From Anthoceros angustus (lineage: Eukaryota > Plantae > Anthocerotophyta): 64,000 nt of DNA. Below are positions 61,011 through 64,000 of this stretch, in pieces. Position numbers and translations under genes: made by a program. The notes beneath the pieces were generated by a model. It was not told where the DNA came from, ran no database searches, and worked only from the letters and a program-made list of their open reading frames with translations. How positions within the stretch are numbered: position 1 is the stretch's first letter; each line of letters begins with the position of its first letter. The stretch is from contig MU008183.1 in NCBI GenBank assembly GCA_010909165.1, positions 1-64,000 on the forward strand, in the 5' to 3' direction.

Positions 61011-64000
61011 TGACCTAGGGTCTAGGGATTGCACACTAGTGCAATCCGCCAAACGGCCTTATTGGCTAACTCCTCCCTATCCTCTTAACAAAGATGTGAC
61101 CCAAAAACAAACAAGCTTCTAAGACAAGTCGCCGGAGTCTGGACATCGGATTGGCACTCCACAAGCACCCTTGGTCGTTAAGAATTGTCGTTGACTCATT
61201 TCATGACGACACTTCAACAAAAGGTAATCAAGCACAAGTTCACAATAATGATTGTGCCAATCCTCCTCCACGTAAACCGATCCGCCAGTGTAGGCAACAA
61301 GTTGCTTGGTTTCCACCAAGGTGTTCCTTTGCTCTTCGGGTTAGTTTGGATCTGGAATACATTTTTCTTGCAATATGCAATTTGTTTCAAGAAGGTTTTA
61401 AGCGTAGGCTCTACTTTTTCGATGCGATGTTGTAGAAACGTGATACGCTGGTACATTGTTGGTTATCGATGCATGTACGGCATGTGCGGTGTTCCGTCGC
61501 CATGTGCTCGTGCATTTATCATCGTAAAGCGCTCTTTCGCCCGGTTACGATTAAAAGCCACTAATCAAGCGCCTACGATAACTCGATGTTCTTTACGGCT
61601 GAAGAAATAAACCATGAATGAGTTTGATGTACATTCTCTTTGATGAGTGACCGGACGCTAGTCCTTTATGCGAAAGCCACCAGTGGTCGTGAAAGCCCTC
61701 AACGTTGACTGGCGACGGCATTTCAACAAAAAGCAGGTAATCAACCAGGGCAATATTCATGGAGTCCTCCTCGGCCAAACTAATCCGCATCTGCGTATAG
61801 GCAGGTCGATTGGCTTTCACTCATATGTCACACAACGCCGAGGGCGCCGATCGCCCAAACATCGGAACACACTGCGTCGCTAATAACAATTTCATTTCTT
61901 GTAGGAAAAACTAAACGCTTATAACAAGAAGTTGGTAAGTATCCAGCTGTTTTGAACGCTTTGTAACTTAAGAACTGCAGATGGCTTAAAGTATCACGGC
62001 ATGCAATGAAAGTACGTCATGATGGATTGGTGTATACCCTTTCAACTGGGTAGAAGATACTTAGAAAAAAAGAACCCTAAAGCGGAAAGTACTAAGGTAA
62101 AATGAGAAAAGCTCGAACACCATAAAGTCATAGTAAAACTTTTGCTAGTAATTTTTGCTAAAGAGAGAAAAGAGAGCTATAAGTCGTGGGTGCATTGGGC
62201 AACGTTCTATCGCGGCAAGACCTTACGGCCTTTGGTCTGGCCGAGGCGGGTGCGCTCGCCCAGCCCCGCTCCTTCACCCTTTGAACGCAGCGGGCGCAAG
62301 ACCTAAGCAGGCCGGCCCGGCCTCGACCGTTTTCCTGCGGACGCCCTCCCGTCAGTTCCCTAATACTTGGGTGCAAAAGGAATGCGTAAAATAGGGCCCT
62401 ACACCAAGCAGTCTCGGCTGCCCGGCCTCGACGCCGGTAACGCCACCAAACATGTCACAAAGTTCCCCGAATACTTGGGTGCACAAAGGAATGCGTAAAA
62501 TAGTTCACAGTTCATCATGACAGCGTGATCAGCTTGACAAGGGCTGCCACCAAACATGTAATCGGAAGCTTTGATCACCCAGCGGCGATCGGTCCACAGT
62601 GCTTCGAGAATCCTCGGTAGATGGCCATCTTCCCGCCCCTTTCGTCGTTCATCATCAACAATCTTGTGAACGCCATTGGCACCTGAATGGAAACTTTTGA
62701 ATAAATCCCCATCTGTCCACACCGCTTCCCAACGATGGCCATCTTCCGTCCCCTTTCGCGGAAGACCTTCAGCCCATGTCGGGCCCCAGATCTTACACCA
62801 ATCGGTTGCCGCCACCCAACTTTATCCGCCATTCCTCTCGGATCCCACCCGGCTCTGGCCCCTGTACACTGAGGTGCTTGCCTCGCCTCTTGGCGGAGGT
62901 TTGGACCCCCATGTACACTTCTACCACTCGCATTGTAGCGGGGTCCACTTCTACCACTCGCGTCTGGCAAGAAGCAGGGAGGGGAGCACTAGGACGGAAG
63001 TGGTCCCTCGGGTCCAACTCTAGCATGGCCATCCATCAAGTGTAACATCTTGTCCATCTTGTCCATCTCGACAATATCATTCCAACCAAGAGCGCCCGAT
63101 TTCTTTTCCCCTTTCTAGCATCCCGCTCCGACGAGGGTGCACGCCAACGAGCCAGGTTTGGGAACCTCCACTGTCCTTCCTTCACGACAACCCACGCCCA
63201 CCGTCGTTGAAGCCAACGCTACGCTCAGCGAAAAAGCGGGTCACAAGACAAGATAATGCCCGTGGCGCCACCATAAGTCGCATTGTCCAGCTTCGCCGGC
63301 TCAAGATGGGCAAAGGGTCCACATGTTCAACAAGGAACACTTGGGCAACAAAGCAAAGTCGCCATGTGAAGAAGAGGCACAAAATACCATGTCCAACACG
63401 CCTCATGACAGCGATTGATTCATCCAGCGTCTAGCCTTCATCACGGGACAAAAGACATCATGGGCTCGAGGGGCGTTGAGTCTGAGTGGTGTCCAGGAAG
63501 TGTGTCCTAGCGGACCGCATTCCAATAGGCGAACGGCCGTATCGAAATCGCCCACATCCGCCATGCAGTGTTGAAGACAAGCCGAATTGGCAAGGAAAGC
63601 CTAGTCGCAATTGCACTCGCAGGGAGGGGAGAGAGAATGCGGCGATCGCCAAAAATCAAGTCCTCACATTAAATGGTGCGCGCCGTAGTTGGCGGGCGAG
63701 TGATGGTGGATTGCCGCAGTAATCGATGGAATGAGGTGGCGGTGGATTGTAAAGGGGCGAAACACATAAATGCAGTGACGGCGAGAGCACACACACGGAG
63801 GCGGCGGGCGATTGGATTGAATTGCTCAAATAGTGCGTAAGGGAGGTCAGACACGGGGAGGACGCGGGGCGCCCGGTCCGGGCGTGCTCTCGATAGTGAA
63901 ACCCTAACTGCGCTGCGGCGAAAGACACGACACAAGGCCACACGTCCCACCACACGGGCATCACTGGAGTGGCTCGTGGAGCTGGGAAGTTGAGCCCTCG

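Noticed and set aside
60579-61052. Pro/Arg/Asp-rich ORFs
   Set aside because: Translations of the GC-rich minisatellite.

Overview
Eukaryotic, plant-like, transposon-dense DNA with a 747-bp N gap (26944-27690). Frameshifts are pervasive; some may be sequencing or assembly indels rather than real decay. Contents: (i) a ~11-kb CACTA/En-Spm element (347-11371) with a SET-domain (lysine methyltransferase-like) exon between the transposase N-terminal Zn-finger exon and the Tnp2 core, plus a long Asp/Glu tail; (ii) a complete Ty1/copia element (12439-18679, minus strand) with non-canonical TA...TA LTR ends, a GTTCT TSD and an intact antisense Zn-finger/NLS ORF; (iii) a non-autonomous CACTA-like element with CCCTA termini (20913-24437, TSD CAA) inserted just after the start codon of a second copia gag; (iv) several gypsy-like remnants, including a gag+protease-only element with two LTRs; (v) a second CACTA locus from 41001 with two tandem Tnp2 genes and a possible kinase-like cargo; (vi) host-type genes: an intron-containing tRNA-Tyr(GTA) and a BTB/POZ gene. 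The most notable observation is the SET-carrying CACTA element. All domain calls come from motif recognition by eye, not from database searches.
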